A stretch of DNA of 61,995 nucleotides, the filler included, from Nemertoderma westbladi (taxonomy: Eukaryota > Animalia > Xenacoelomorpha), in NCBI GenBank assembly GCA_032718475.1. It is 3 parts of 3 records of this genome, joined end to end, with 100 filler letters (N's around TTAATTAATTAA, not from the genome) between each part and the next. Parts side by side here need not be neighbours in the genome. Positions count along the whole stretch, not along the records: positions 1 to 25,886 come from JAUCBJ010000189.1; 2 more parts are not named here. One strand, written 5' to 3'. This document shows positions 1 to 9,804 of the stretch, piece after piece. Under the pieces are notes generated by a model. It did not search any database and was not told the origin of the DNA. It saw only the letters and a program-made list of their open reading frames with translations. How positions within the stretch are numbered: position 1 is the stretch's first letter; each line of letters begins with the position of its first letter. A program made the position numbers and the translations under genes.

Positions 1-697
1 TTTGTCTGTCTGTCTGTGCGGCTGTCTTTGTCTGTCTGTCTGTGCGGCTGTCTTTGTCTGTCTGTCTGTGCGGGTGTCTTTGTCTGTCTGTCTGTGCGGC
101 TGTCTTTGTCTGTCTGTCTGTGCGGCTGTCTTTGTCTGTCTGTCTGTGCGGCTGTCTTTGTCTGTCTGTCTGTGCGGCTGTCTTTGTCTGTCTGTCTGTG
201 CGGCTGTCTTTGTCTGTCTGTGCGGCTGTCTTTGTCTCTCTGTCTGTGCGGCTGTCTTTGTCTGTCTGTCTGTGCGGCTGTCTTTGTCTGTCTGTCTGTG
301 CGGCTGTCTTAGTCTGTCTGTCTGTGGGGCTGTCTTAGTCTGTCTGTCTGTGCGGCTGTCTTAGTCTGTCTGTCTGTGCGGCTGTCTTAGTCTGTCTGTC
401 TGTGCGGCTGTCTTTGCCTGTCTGTCTGTGCGGCTGTCTTAGTCTGTCTGTCTGTGCGGCTGTCTTTGTCTGTCTGTCTGTGCGGCTGTCTTTGTCTGTC
501 TGTCTGTGCGGCTGTCTTTGTCTGTCTGTCTGTGCGGCTGTCTTTGTCTGTCTGTCTGTGCGGCTGTCTTTGTCTGTCTGTCTGTGCGGGTGTCTTTGTC
601 TGTCTGTCTGTGCGGCTGTCTTTGTCTGTCTGTCTGTGCGGCTGTCTTTGTCTGTCTGTCTGTGCGGCTGTCTTTGTCTGTCTGTCTGTGCGGCTGT
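1..697. repeat. 26-bp minisatellite built on (TCTG)n, unit TTTGTCTGTCTGTCTGTGCGGCTGTC; runs off the window start
   Basis: Unit repeats directly about 27 times with rare variants (tta/ttt, cgggtg). Confidence 0.97.
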
Positions 698-1781
698 TTT
701 ATGCTGTAAGTGACAACATAGGGCCTATTGCTGTACAACTGAAATACAGAATTGACTCAGAACTGATCAGTTTCACCACTCAGCATTACGCGAGGATAAA
801 CCCCACTAGGCCTACCTCCTTTACGACTAGCTCCTTAAAGAGGATTGTTTCTCGACGGACTTCTGGACAGCTTCAGAGTGAGGAAATAACTTTTGACAGG
901 GCCACCTTCCGTGTGACCACAGAAGAAGTTTTGGCGTGGCACGATCTCGTTATCCTCGATAACCGATCGCTAAGAAGCCTATCGATCGTGAGGAGACTGG
1001 TTGCCTAACAACCACAGAAATAAACCAACAGCTAGAACGTAAAGTAGAAGAGGATTACCAAGGTTGCTGCCATATATAGTGAGACACTGTACTCATCTGC
1101 TGGACTGCGAAAGGTAAGAATATCGAACCAACCACCATTGACTGCTCATCATCCGATTGAAGTTTGTTATGTTATCCACCTTTGAATTCATAATCATCTT
1201 CGTAATTATTTTCTATACCAATCAAATCATTATCATATTACTATCGCATAATTTGTAGTCTGTGCTGTGATTGTCCCTAGGCCCAACTGTTTCTCATTTA
1301 ATGTTTAATACTACCTGAATGTCTGTTCTGTTTTCTGTTTACCACACTATTTCATATGACATACATTTGGCCATAATTTCACCATTATCTTCCTAAAAAG
1401 CTTGTGAAAATCACATACTCTATCTCGAATCTATTGATTATACGATACATTTTGCTTTTATTTTTCTGCTGACCTATTGGTAAATATCATATCTCTTCTA
1501 TATATTGTAATTGATGTGTATAGCAAAACCCCTGTGTGTAACTCGATCACGGAATTTTAATTTTGTCATTGTTTTAAAATTTTCAGTTGGCCTACATACC
1601 AGAAGGGCTACACTGGTAAATTGCGGGTATAAATTCTGGTTCTTTGTTTTTGTTTTTGCATTCACAAACGTTTTTAAGTTTCCCTTTTGGTCTGAAGTCA
1701 CGTTAGCTCCCACCACTAAAAATACTTTTGATCTTCATTTTTCTCATCAACACACTGTTTTCTTTGCCACCAATTATCCAC

Positions 1782-4700
1782 ATGGCTCCAATATTGGAGA
1801 AGACCCCAGACATTAGGAAAATGAGCACTGCTCGACTTAAGTCATTCCTTTCCAGTCGGAACCTTTCACCCTCTGGAACACGGGCAGCTTTACTGCTTAG
1901 AGCCGAGAGGTCTATAAAGATAAATACAACTAACAACATAAACAATCCAGCATTGGATTTGGCTGAAAACTTTAATTTGGATCCAGATCAATCAGTATAC
2001 CTTACTGTTACTCCAGAGTCTGTGACAAGATCTGCTGTGAACCCTATGGTAGACCAAACATATATGTCTAATAAAATTCCCCTAACTGAAGACAGCTCTG
2101 CTGGTAAATACAATAGAGCTTCTGCTTTGAGTATGGATAATACTAATATAACAGTCAATGGTGCACCAGTAAATGAGCAATCTGTAATCGTCCTTGAATC
2201 TACTATAGATTGCTCCAATAGTCAAATTGATACACCACCAGACGCTACATCTCAACCAACACCAACCTGCAAACCTCCAATCCCCTGTCAAGCAATACAC
2301 TATTCTCAAATAACACCTTCATCTCAACCAAAACCATTTTCTCCAATAAATGTCCTTTCTCAACCCACACTCACTTCTCAAACAACACCCCCACTATTAA
2401 CACCTCATCTCCAACCTTCACTGTCTCAACCAACACCCCCCTCTCAATTAACTATCCCCTCTCAACCAACACACACTTCCGAACTAACACCCCGATTACA
2501 AACAACTCAATCCCAGCCAACACCTCCGCATCAAACAACACCCCCTCCTCAAACAGCACTGGGCCACCCTAAACCAACACTCTCCTCTCAAATAACACCC
2601 CCCTTACAAATACCTATTTTCCAACAAACACCCCCTTCGCAAAAATCAACCCCCTCACAACATATCCCTACTTCACAACCAATGCCACCATCTCAAACAA
2701 GATTATCTTTACAACCAATAACATCACCACAACAAACACCCCCTCTTCAACCAACACTCCATCCTCAGCCAACACCAACTTCTCAACCTACACCACTGGC
2801 ACAACCAAAGCCCCCTTCTCATCCTGCACCTCAGTCTCTTCCAGCATGTCCAGGCAGCAAAATAACAGATTTCTTCCATAAACTACCCAACTTAACAACC
2901 CCAACCACTGGCTGCTCTGAAATCACTTCCTATATGGTTCAAGATCATACAGCAACTGTAGATGCTGAAGTCTATGAGTGTTACCCAAATAACACCCAAC
3001 CCATCCCGGCAAAAAATCTTAATACACCCATTATGGAACACTTGAGTAAACTGACCACTATTCCACCAGGCATTGTCATTCCGCTTCCAAGTGATCTAAA
3101 AACACTAAGACCGAAATCTTGGCTGAGTGATACTGTAGTTTCGGGTTTCCTGTCATTATTGGAGCGGTCACTTCCACATACTGCTGCCATAAGTATTGAC
3201 CTCAGCACAAAGCTTCTCACTCCGCACTGTGATGAACTTAGCGCCATTAAATACTTATCACAGAGATACATAGGGCGATATCAAAATACCCCACCTCAAC
3301 TTTTATTCATCCCACAATGCCTTCAAGGACATTTTGTACTCCACATCGCAAATTGCATCAATAAAACCATCCACACACTGGACTCTCTAAAGCCATCCAT
3401 GCCAACCAAGACAACTTTTGCTCTAGTAGATTTACTGAACAAAATAGACCAATGCAACCCCTGGACCAATTCAAATGGAGTCAATGCTAGTACCATGCAC
3501 CCTATAGATATTATAAATGAGTCATGGACAGCTTCGGTCAATAACTCCCATTTCCCAAAACAAACAAACAGCTACGACTGTGGAGTATATGTTTGCCTAT
3601 ATGCGCTTGCTACAGCCAAAGACACAAAATCCATATCTCCAATCATTCACAATAGTGACACTGCTCGCCAGTGGATAAGTGACTGCCTCAACAATATGAA
3701 GTTGGTAGAGCATGCCGACATCAAACTAGACGAGAATGACAACCGTATACAACCTGAAAATACATCACCATACCCGAAATCATTAAAACATATAAATGAG
3801 GAAACCAAAGAATCTTTGAAGGGTTCAGTTCCAAGTAAAATTGACATGCTCAAGCAAATTCTTAGAAATTCTCGAAAAGTAGCTCTGAAAATCCTGTCTG
3901 ATAAAAACCTTGACGAACTGTTGGAACTAAGAAGTGTACTATTTGAACAAGTGAAGCCACTTATGACACCTTCACAGAATGTATCACTGAAATTAAAGCA
4001 GCATGCATCTCGGCCTGATACATCTGGAGACATACTAGAGCTGTACAAATGCATTAATGAATCTAAATTCCTGGAGTCATGCAGAAAGCGACTATATAAG
4101 ACAAAAGAAAATAATAACTTAGACACAATTGACTGTCTAAGGGCAGACCTACTGCATTCGGTTTCCACACTTCAATCACGCATCTGTATTATGGAGAAAG
4201 ATATATCAGCATTAAGAGAGAAGAATCAATCAATAACAGAAGAACTCCAACATGAGAGACACCAGCGCATGCTATTAGAAGCTAGAATAGGAGATCAAAA
4301 ACACAGAGATCAAGTCAACAATCAACATAAATCCATTTACAATGCTGACCCAGACAGGATATCTAATGACACTCTAAACAGAGCTGACAAGATCATGTCA
4401 TCACCATCATCACCAGCATATGTGAGTGTTTTATCTAAAAGGAAACAACTCACAGCTAGCCATATACTCAAACAACCAGTACAGGAACCAGATTCCATAT
4501 TATGTTCGAACAGATATATTGTCTTGGATGAAATAATTGATGATGACACTTCATCAGGTGAGAATGTACCAAGTGAATCACAACTTAATCAACAGGGTGA
4601 AACACTCACATCCAAAGGAATAAGGGGCAAGAATAACAATAACATTTTAGGGGCCAAAAAGCAAGTCTCAATGTCCTTCTCACATGTGAAAAGTAACCCA

Positions 4701-5276
4701 GAAAGCAAAATGAAACCAATCTGTCCTGGAAATCAAGAAGGCAAAAGTGAAATAAAACCTTATGATAGCTCCTCAAGAAAAAAAGTCAAACCATTCAATC
4801 ATTATGATGGGAATTCATCTCAATACAATGACTCATACAAAGGGGACTTGAAACCACTCACAAGAGACCGGGACCTATACTTCCCACCAGCTCATTCTCA
4901 AGGACAATTTTACTCTGACAAAAAGTTTCCAGGCAGTAAAACAAATACAAACAATAGGAATACTCTACAACATGCTGAATCACAAAAATTTGAAACAATT
5001 TTCGTAAATGGCATACACCGTGAAAATGAGGAGGAGGATATTCTAGACTACCTAAGCATCAAAGGGATTCGAGCAGGCAGAGTTACAACTAGGATTCATG
5101 GCAACTTCAAGAATATGAAAATTATGATACAACAGAACTGCTTGTGCTATGTGCTGTCGGATAACTTCTGGCCTTTTGGAATCATATGTACTGAATGGAA
5201 AAACCGCAGATCTGCATTCACGAATCAAGAACATAGCACTAAGTTTCCTTCGTACCCATTGAGGCAGCGTCTTTAA
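1782..5276 (+). CDS. LINE ORF1: SAP domain, Q/P/T-rich linker, Ulp1/SENP-like C48 protease, coiled coil, C-terminal RRM-like domain
   Basis: ATG 1782 (MAPILEK) aligns with the start of the homologous ORF at 16936. SAP-like MSTARLKSFLSSRNLSPSGTRAALLLR. C48 motifs: SWLSDTVV, FIP..GHF (His 3330), LDSL (Asp 3381), QTNSYDCGVY (Cys 3579). Heptads in LQSRICIMEKDISALREKNQSITEEL. ORF1-type ending IFVNGI...FWPFGIICTEW. Confidence 0.9.
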   Translation: MAPILEKTPDIRKMSTARLKSFLSSRNLSPSGTRAALLLRAERSIKINTTNNINNPALDLAENFNLDPDQSVYLTVTPESVTRSAVNPMVDQTYMSNKIPLTEDSSAGKYNRASALSMDNTNITVNGAPVNEQSVIVLESTIDCSNSQIDTPPDATSQPTPTCKPPIPCQAIHYSQITPSSQPKPFSPINVLSQPTLTSQTTPPLLTPHLQPSLSQPTPPSQLTIPSQPTHTSELTPRLQTTQSQPTPPHQTTPPPQTALGHPKPTLSSQITPPLQIPIFQQTPPSQKSTPSQHIPTSQPMPPSQTRLSLQPITSPQQTPPLQPTLHPQPTPTSQPTPLAQPKPPSHPAPQSLPACPGSKITDFFHKLPNLTTPTTGCSEITSYMVQDHTATVDAEVYECYPNNTQPIPAKNLNTPIMEHLSKLTTIPPGIVIPLPSDLKTLRPKSWLSDTVVSGFLSLLERSLPHTAAISIDLSTKLLTPHCDELSAIKYLSQRYIGRYQNTPPQLLFIPQCLQGHFVLHIANCINKTIHTLDSLKPSMPTKTTFALVDLLNKIDQCNPWTNSNGVNASTMHPIDIINESWTASVNNSHFPKQTNSYDCGVYVCLYALATAKDTKSISPIIHNSDTARQWISDCLNNMKLVEHADIKLDENDNRIQPENTSPYPKSLKHINEETKESLKGSVPSKIDMLKQILRNSRKVALKILSDKNLDELLELRSVLFEQVKPLMTPSQNVSLKLKQHASRPDTSGDILELYKCINESKFLESCRKRLYKTKENNNLDTIDCLRADLLHSVSTLQSRICIMEKDISALREKNQSITEELQHERHQRMLLEARIGDQKHRDQVNNQHKSIYNADPDRISNDTLNRADKIMSSPSSPAYVSVLSKRKQLTASHILKQPVQEPDSILCSNRYIVLDEIIDDDTSSGENVPSESQLNQQGETLTSKGIRGKNNNNILGAKKQVSMSFSHVKSNPESKMKPICPGNQEGKSEIKPYDSSSRKKVKPFNHYDGNSSQYNDSYKGDLKPLTRDRDLYFPPAHSQGQFYSDKKFPGSKTNTNNRNTLQHAESQKFETIFVNGIHRENEEEDILDYLSIKGIRAGRVTTRIHGNFKNMKIMIQQNCLCYVLSDNFWPFGIICTEWKNRRSAFTNQEHSTKFPSYPLRQRL

Positions 5277-5313
5277 CAAAAAATCATGGAAAAAGCAATC
5301 CAGGTTATGCCAA

Positions 5314-8300
5314 ATGGGAGGACTTCATCATCTACAGGCAGATACAACGGCAGGTCTAATATCACCAGAATCTAGCTCAACTGACATGCACTGTAAAACT
5401 GAGCGATTAGATATGTCAACAAATGATGTTATCTATAGGAAAGAATATCTTGCAACAAAGGATGCATTGCCATTAACTCAACTTAGAATATCCACATATA
5501 ACTGCCGCGGGTTCAACGGAAATGCTCCATACATAACTGATCTACTGGAAGATTGTGATGTTTTAGGAATTCAAGAACACTGGTTAGATGCACAGGAATG
5601 TGAACTTTTTCTCAGAAATCTGCACATCGAGTTTGAAGTTGAGTTTACAGTCAGCAAACAAATGTCAAATCCACTCAGAAAAAGAGGAGTTGGTGGAACA
5701 GCACTTTTCTACCGCAAAAACATTTTCAATGTCATAAATAAGTTTGAATCTGGTGGTGATATAACTGGTATTGTGACGAATGTCAAATCTCTCAATGTCA
5801 ATCCCATTGCCCTAATTGCAGGATATGCTCCAGACAGTGGTAAGGATGACCAAACATTTAGCTCTTTCCTGGGGAGATTGGAGGCAACTTTGACGCATTT
5901 CAGTCATGCAACACCATTCATCATGATTGATGCTAATGCCGATATTGGCTCCAGTCAAGGACCACGGTGTAACCAACAACAACCAACAAAGCGTGGTAAA
6001 ATGCTATTAAATTTTCTCACTGATAACAAACTTACAGCTGTTGATACCCTAGAATTATGCAATGGCCCGTGTCATACATTCCAGGGCCATGGAAATTCTT
6101 ATATTGACCATGTACTCACAAACCTCAATGGACTTCGACTCTGCACAGAAGGTCAGGTGTATGACCATGACGAACTCAGGAATGGATCAGACCACAGCCC
6201 AGTATCAATTAAACTATATCCTATTTTAGCTCCAGCAACCGAACCTAAAGAGGAAGCCATAAGCAACACCACAGTGAGAATGAAATGCACCAAGAAACAA
6301 CTGTTACTTAATTGGAACAAAACATCGGCTGAAAATATATCCAAATATAAAATAGAGGTGAACACCAATCTCAAAGCACTCCAGGAAGAGTATGGCAATA
6401 ACCCTATTACCTGGACAGAAAAAATAATGAATGTGTATCTAGAGAAAGTGACACACACCATTCAGCAAGCAGCTTCAAAGTTTATCATGAAAATCACAAT
6501 CAGAAAGAAAACCAAAAACCTTAGAATAATAAACAAGAAGCTCAACTCTCGGAGCAAAACAACAAAAGGTTTATATAAACAATGGTGCAGTAATGGAAAG
6601 TCACCTTATGACCCACTTGGGGAGGCCTTTAAAGAGTCCAAAAAGAATAGCCGTAGACTCAGAAACTGGTTGGCAAACAAGCTGACAGCGGATCAGGTAT
6701 TGAGGGCAACAAGCAACAAGAACACATCACCAAAAGACTATTGGAAATTCTTCAGCACTAAAAAGAATAGTCCGAAAGCAGCAGATCCAACAACTGAGGA
6801 AAGGATAAAATCATATTTCTCAAAAAAATTTCGATGTGAAAATGATAACACAAATACTCAAGACCTTCTCACTCTCAACAAAGACCTAGATGATGAATGT
6901 GATGGCTCTTGTACCCCGGTGATCTCAGAATTGTGGGTAAAATGCGCGATCTTTTCTCTGAATCGAGGGAAGGCACCAGATTTTGACACATTGACTGTCG
7001 AACACCTTTTAAATCTTGATCCAATAGTAATTTCGGTATGCTTAAGGAATGTTATTCAAGCTGCCCTCCTGCTAGGAAAAGTTCCCACCTCTTTTGGTAG
7101 AACATTATTAAACACCATACACAAAGGCTCAAGAAAGGATCCTTACTGCCCAAAATCATTCAGGCCTGTGTCAACAATTAGTATCTTTGCCAAAATTATG
7201 GAAGCGATAATCTTGAAACACTACCTAACCAACATTGCTCCAGCTGAACTCCAAACAGCTTACCGTAAGGGCTTGGGAACAGATATTGTGGTAGCAGCAT
7301 TGCTTGAGTTAATCCACAACAATGAAAAGCAAAACCAAGGAACATATGTGTGTCAGATGGACATACAGAGTGCCTTCGATGAGGTGAATCATTGCAAACT
7401 TTTCAACAAACTGAGACATAAAATCAACCCATATGTTTGTAGAATGTTGGTGCATTACTACTCAAATAGCTATATGTTCATCAAGTTTGGTCAATGTATT
7501 GACACTGATGGGTTCAAGGTAACAATTGGAATACTTCAAGGTTCAATCCTCTCACCACACCTCTTCAACTTCTTCCTAAGAGAAGTCTTCACAGACATGG
7601 AGAATATCAAACTTGGGTGCTTCATCAATAATCAATGGCTTGGCTGCCTTTCGTATGCAGATGACATACTCCTAATATCTACATTATCCAGTGAAATTGA
7701 AATGATGAGTGCACGCCTAAATGAGTCACTCAGAAAAATTGGACTTGGCATAGCCACTGATAAAACAAAATGGACGTACTGCAAGCCCCCTAGAAGTAAC
7801 AAGTATATACCATGCTTCCTTAACCTGATGGGTGATCTTGTTCCCTTTAGTAGGAGCATAACATTTCTCGGCTATAAGGTATTTCATGAGCCCATTACAG
7901 CTTACCATGATGTTATCTGCAAAATCACGTTGCTATCGGAGATTTTCCACAGAAATGGTTGGACATCGCGTAAGCATGAGGTAAAGGACGTTAGAAAAAT
8001 TTGGAACTCATGCGCATTACCTTCTCTACTCTATAATCTTACCTTCCAAATTGGCACACTTACTGATACTCAAGTGAAATCACTCGATGCTTACTACCGA
8101 AAACATCTGAGGGGACTACTATGCGTCGGCAACTACTTGAGTAACAGCACTGTAATAGGGCTCTTTAACACAGGAAATCTGTCAAACGAAGCTTTCAAGA
8201 GTATGCTCAGACTTATCCAGCGAGTGAAGTACTGCCCTAGCCTCACCCTCCAATACTGCCTCCGTATTAACCTTGATAAATCTTGTAATACTTCTAAAGA

Positions 8301-8538
8301 CAATTACCTAGGACTAGGTGGAACTTATAACAGAGCAAATCAGGAGTACGCAATTCCATCTACCAACTCACTTTTAAATTCAGTGTACAACAAGAAGTCT
8401 CTAATGAAATACGTCTGTGAAGGCACAACAAGTTACATTGAAGATCGACATATTGATTTCATCACATCTGTATTTACCCTCAGAAGAGAACATTTCTCCA
8501 TTAAAAATCAACGAATCAGGGAATACTTTAATGTATAA
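5314..8538 (+). CDS. LINE ORF2: apurinic-like endonuclease plus reverse transcriptase
   Basis: APE motifs TYNCRG, IQEHW, IDANA, YIDH, SDHSP. RT motifs FRPVS, MDIQSAFD, QGSILSP, YADD, FLG. Uninterrupted 1074 aa; exact start codon uncertain. Confidence 0.96.
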   Translation: MGGLHHLQADTTAGLISPESSSTDMHCKTERLDMSTNDVIYRKEYLATKDALPLTQLRISTYNCRGFNGNAPYITDLLEDCDVLGIQEHWLDAQECELFLRNLHIEFEVEFTVSKQMSNPLRKRGVGGTALFYRKNIFNVINKFESGGDITGIVTNVKSLNVNPIALIAGYAPDSGKDDQTFSSFLGRLEATLTHFSHATPFIMIDANADIGSSQGPRCNQQQPTKRGKMLLNFLTDNKLTAVDTLELCNGPCHTFQGHGNSYIDHVLTNLNGLRLCTEGQVYDHDELRNGSDHSPVSIKLYPILAPATEPKEEAISNTTVRMKCTKKQLLLNWNKTSAENISKYKIEVNTNLKALQEEYGNNPITWTEKIMNVYLEKVTHTIQQAASKFIMKITIRKKTKNLRIINKKLNSRSKTTKGLYKQWCSNGKSPYDPLGEAFKESKKNSRRLRNWLANKLTADQVLRATSNKNTSPKDYWKFFSTKKNSPKAADPTTEERIKSYFSKKFRCENDNTNTQDLLTLNKDLDDECDGSCTPVISELWVKCAIFSLNRGKAPDFDTLTVEHLLNLDPIVISVCLRNVIQAALLLGKVPTSFGRTLLNTIHKGSRKDPYCPKSFRPVSTISIFAKIMEAIILKHYLTNIAPAELQTAYRKGLGTDIVVAALLELIHNNEKQNQGTYVCQMDIQSAFDEVNHCKLFNKLRHKINPYVCRMLVHYYSNSYMFIKFGQCIDTDGFKVTIGILQGSILSPHLFNFFLREVFTDMENIKLGCFINNQWLGCLSYADDILLISTLSSEIEMMSARLNESLRKIGLGIATDKTKWTYCKPPRSNKYIPCFLNLMGDLVPFSRSITFLGYKVFHEPITAYHDVICKITLLSEIFHRNGWTSRKHEVKDVRKIWNSCALPSLLYNLTFQIGTLTDTQVKSLDAYYRKHLRGLLCVGNYLSNSTVIGLFNTGNLSNEAFKSMLRLIQRVKYCPSLTLQYCLRINLDKSCNTSKDNYLGLGGTYNRANQEYAIPSTNSLLNSVYNKKSLMKYVCEGTTSYIEDRHIDFITSVFTLRREHFSIKNQRIREYFNV

Positions 8539-9278
8539 TACCACACCACACACACAGATCATTGGTACTAACACTCGTTATTTTACCTTAATGCTGGATT
8601 AGTGACTTCCAAAATTAAAGTTATAAAAATTGTATTGTGTATATTGAGATGAACCACTTACATCAACCAACATAACGGTTTAGCTGTGCTCTCGTGACTG
8701 GGTGACTTAGTCACCAATTTTATATGTGCAGCTATTAAATACTACCACTATGCTATCAAACCAACTACCGTCGACTGGCTGTCATGCTATTAGTCTTGTT
8801 ATTAACCATCCAAATCGTAATCCTGCTTGTTTCCACCCTACCGGTAATTAATTTCCGTATCAATCAAATCATTATTACATTACTATCGCTTCATTTGATG
8901 TCTGTGAACCTAACTAATGAACTGCATAATGTATAAATATTGTCTCCTTTTGCTTCATAATCAATGTCAATCATAATGTTATTTCAACTATTGTTTCTTA
9001 TTTAACTTTGCCCAAATCTCATACCAAACCAATAATAAACACAATCTACTGATTATGTTATACTTATGCACACTTATTGCACACTTACTATATATATACA
9101 TATGCCTATGACATCTTATTGTAAATTTTAATCTGTGCTGTGTAATTTTTAAATTTTAATTTGTATCTCTGAATGTCTTATACCGATTTTAATGTGTCAA
9201 TCTTGTGCACTTTTATTATATGTTCTTGTGCAATTTTATGTCAATTTTATTTGATTAAAACAATGAAATGAAATGAAA

Positions 9279-9804
9279 TGTACTATAAAATCGCGCTTCC
9301 CACTTAACCTATTGTACTATAAAATCGCGCTTCCCACTTAACCTATTGTACTATAAAATCGCGCTTCCCACTTAACCTACTGTACTATAAAATCGCGCTT
9401 CCCACTTAACCTACTGTACTATAAAATCGCGCTTCCCACTTAACCTATTGTACTATAAAATCGCGCTTCCCACTTAACCTACTGTATTATAAAATCGCGC
9501 TTCCCACTTAACCTATTGTACTATAAAATCGCGCTTCCCACTTAACCTATTGTACTATAAAATCGCGCTTCCCACTTAACCTATTGTACTATAAAATCGC
9601 GCTTCCCACTTAACCTACTGTACTATAAAATCGCGCTTCCCACTTAACCTATTGTACTATAAAATCGCGCTTCCCACTTAACCTATTGTACTATAAAATC
9701 GCGCTTCCCACTTAACCTATTGTACTATAAAATCGCGCTTCCCACTTAACCTACTGTACTATAAAATCGCGCTTCCCACTTAACCTATTGTACTATAAAA
9801 TCGC
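9279..9804. repeat. 34-bp satellite, block 1 (~15 units), unit TACTATAAAATCGCGCTTCCCACTTAACCTA(T/C)TG
   Basis: Exact 34-bp period (unit starts at 9281, 9315, ...). Confidence 0.98.

Larger units (their letters stand above)
737..9278 (+). mobile_element. Apparently full-length, intact two-ORF APE-RT LINE (element A) with SAP/Ulp1-protease ORF1
   Basis: Two long open ORFs in tandem. The 3' UTR ends ATTAAA plus a (GAAAT)n tail at ~9254-9280. The 5' boundary is tentative, based on a possible 5-bp TSD TGTAC at 732-736 and 9279-9283. Confidence 0.9.

Noticed and set aside
2-1008. Cys/Val/Leu-rich ORFs
   Set aside because: Translations of the stop-free 26-bp minisatellite.
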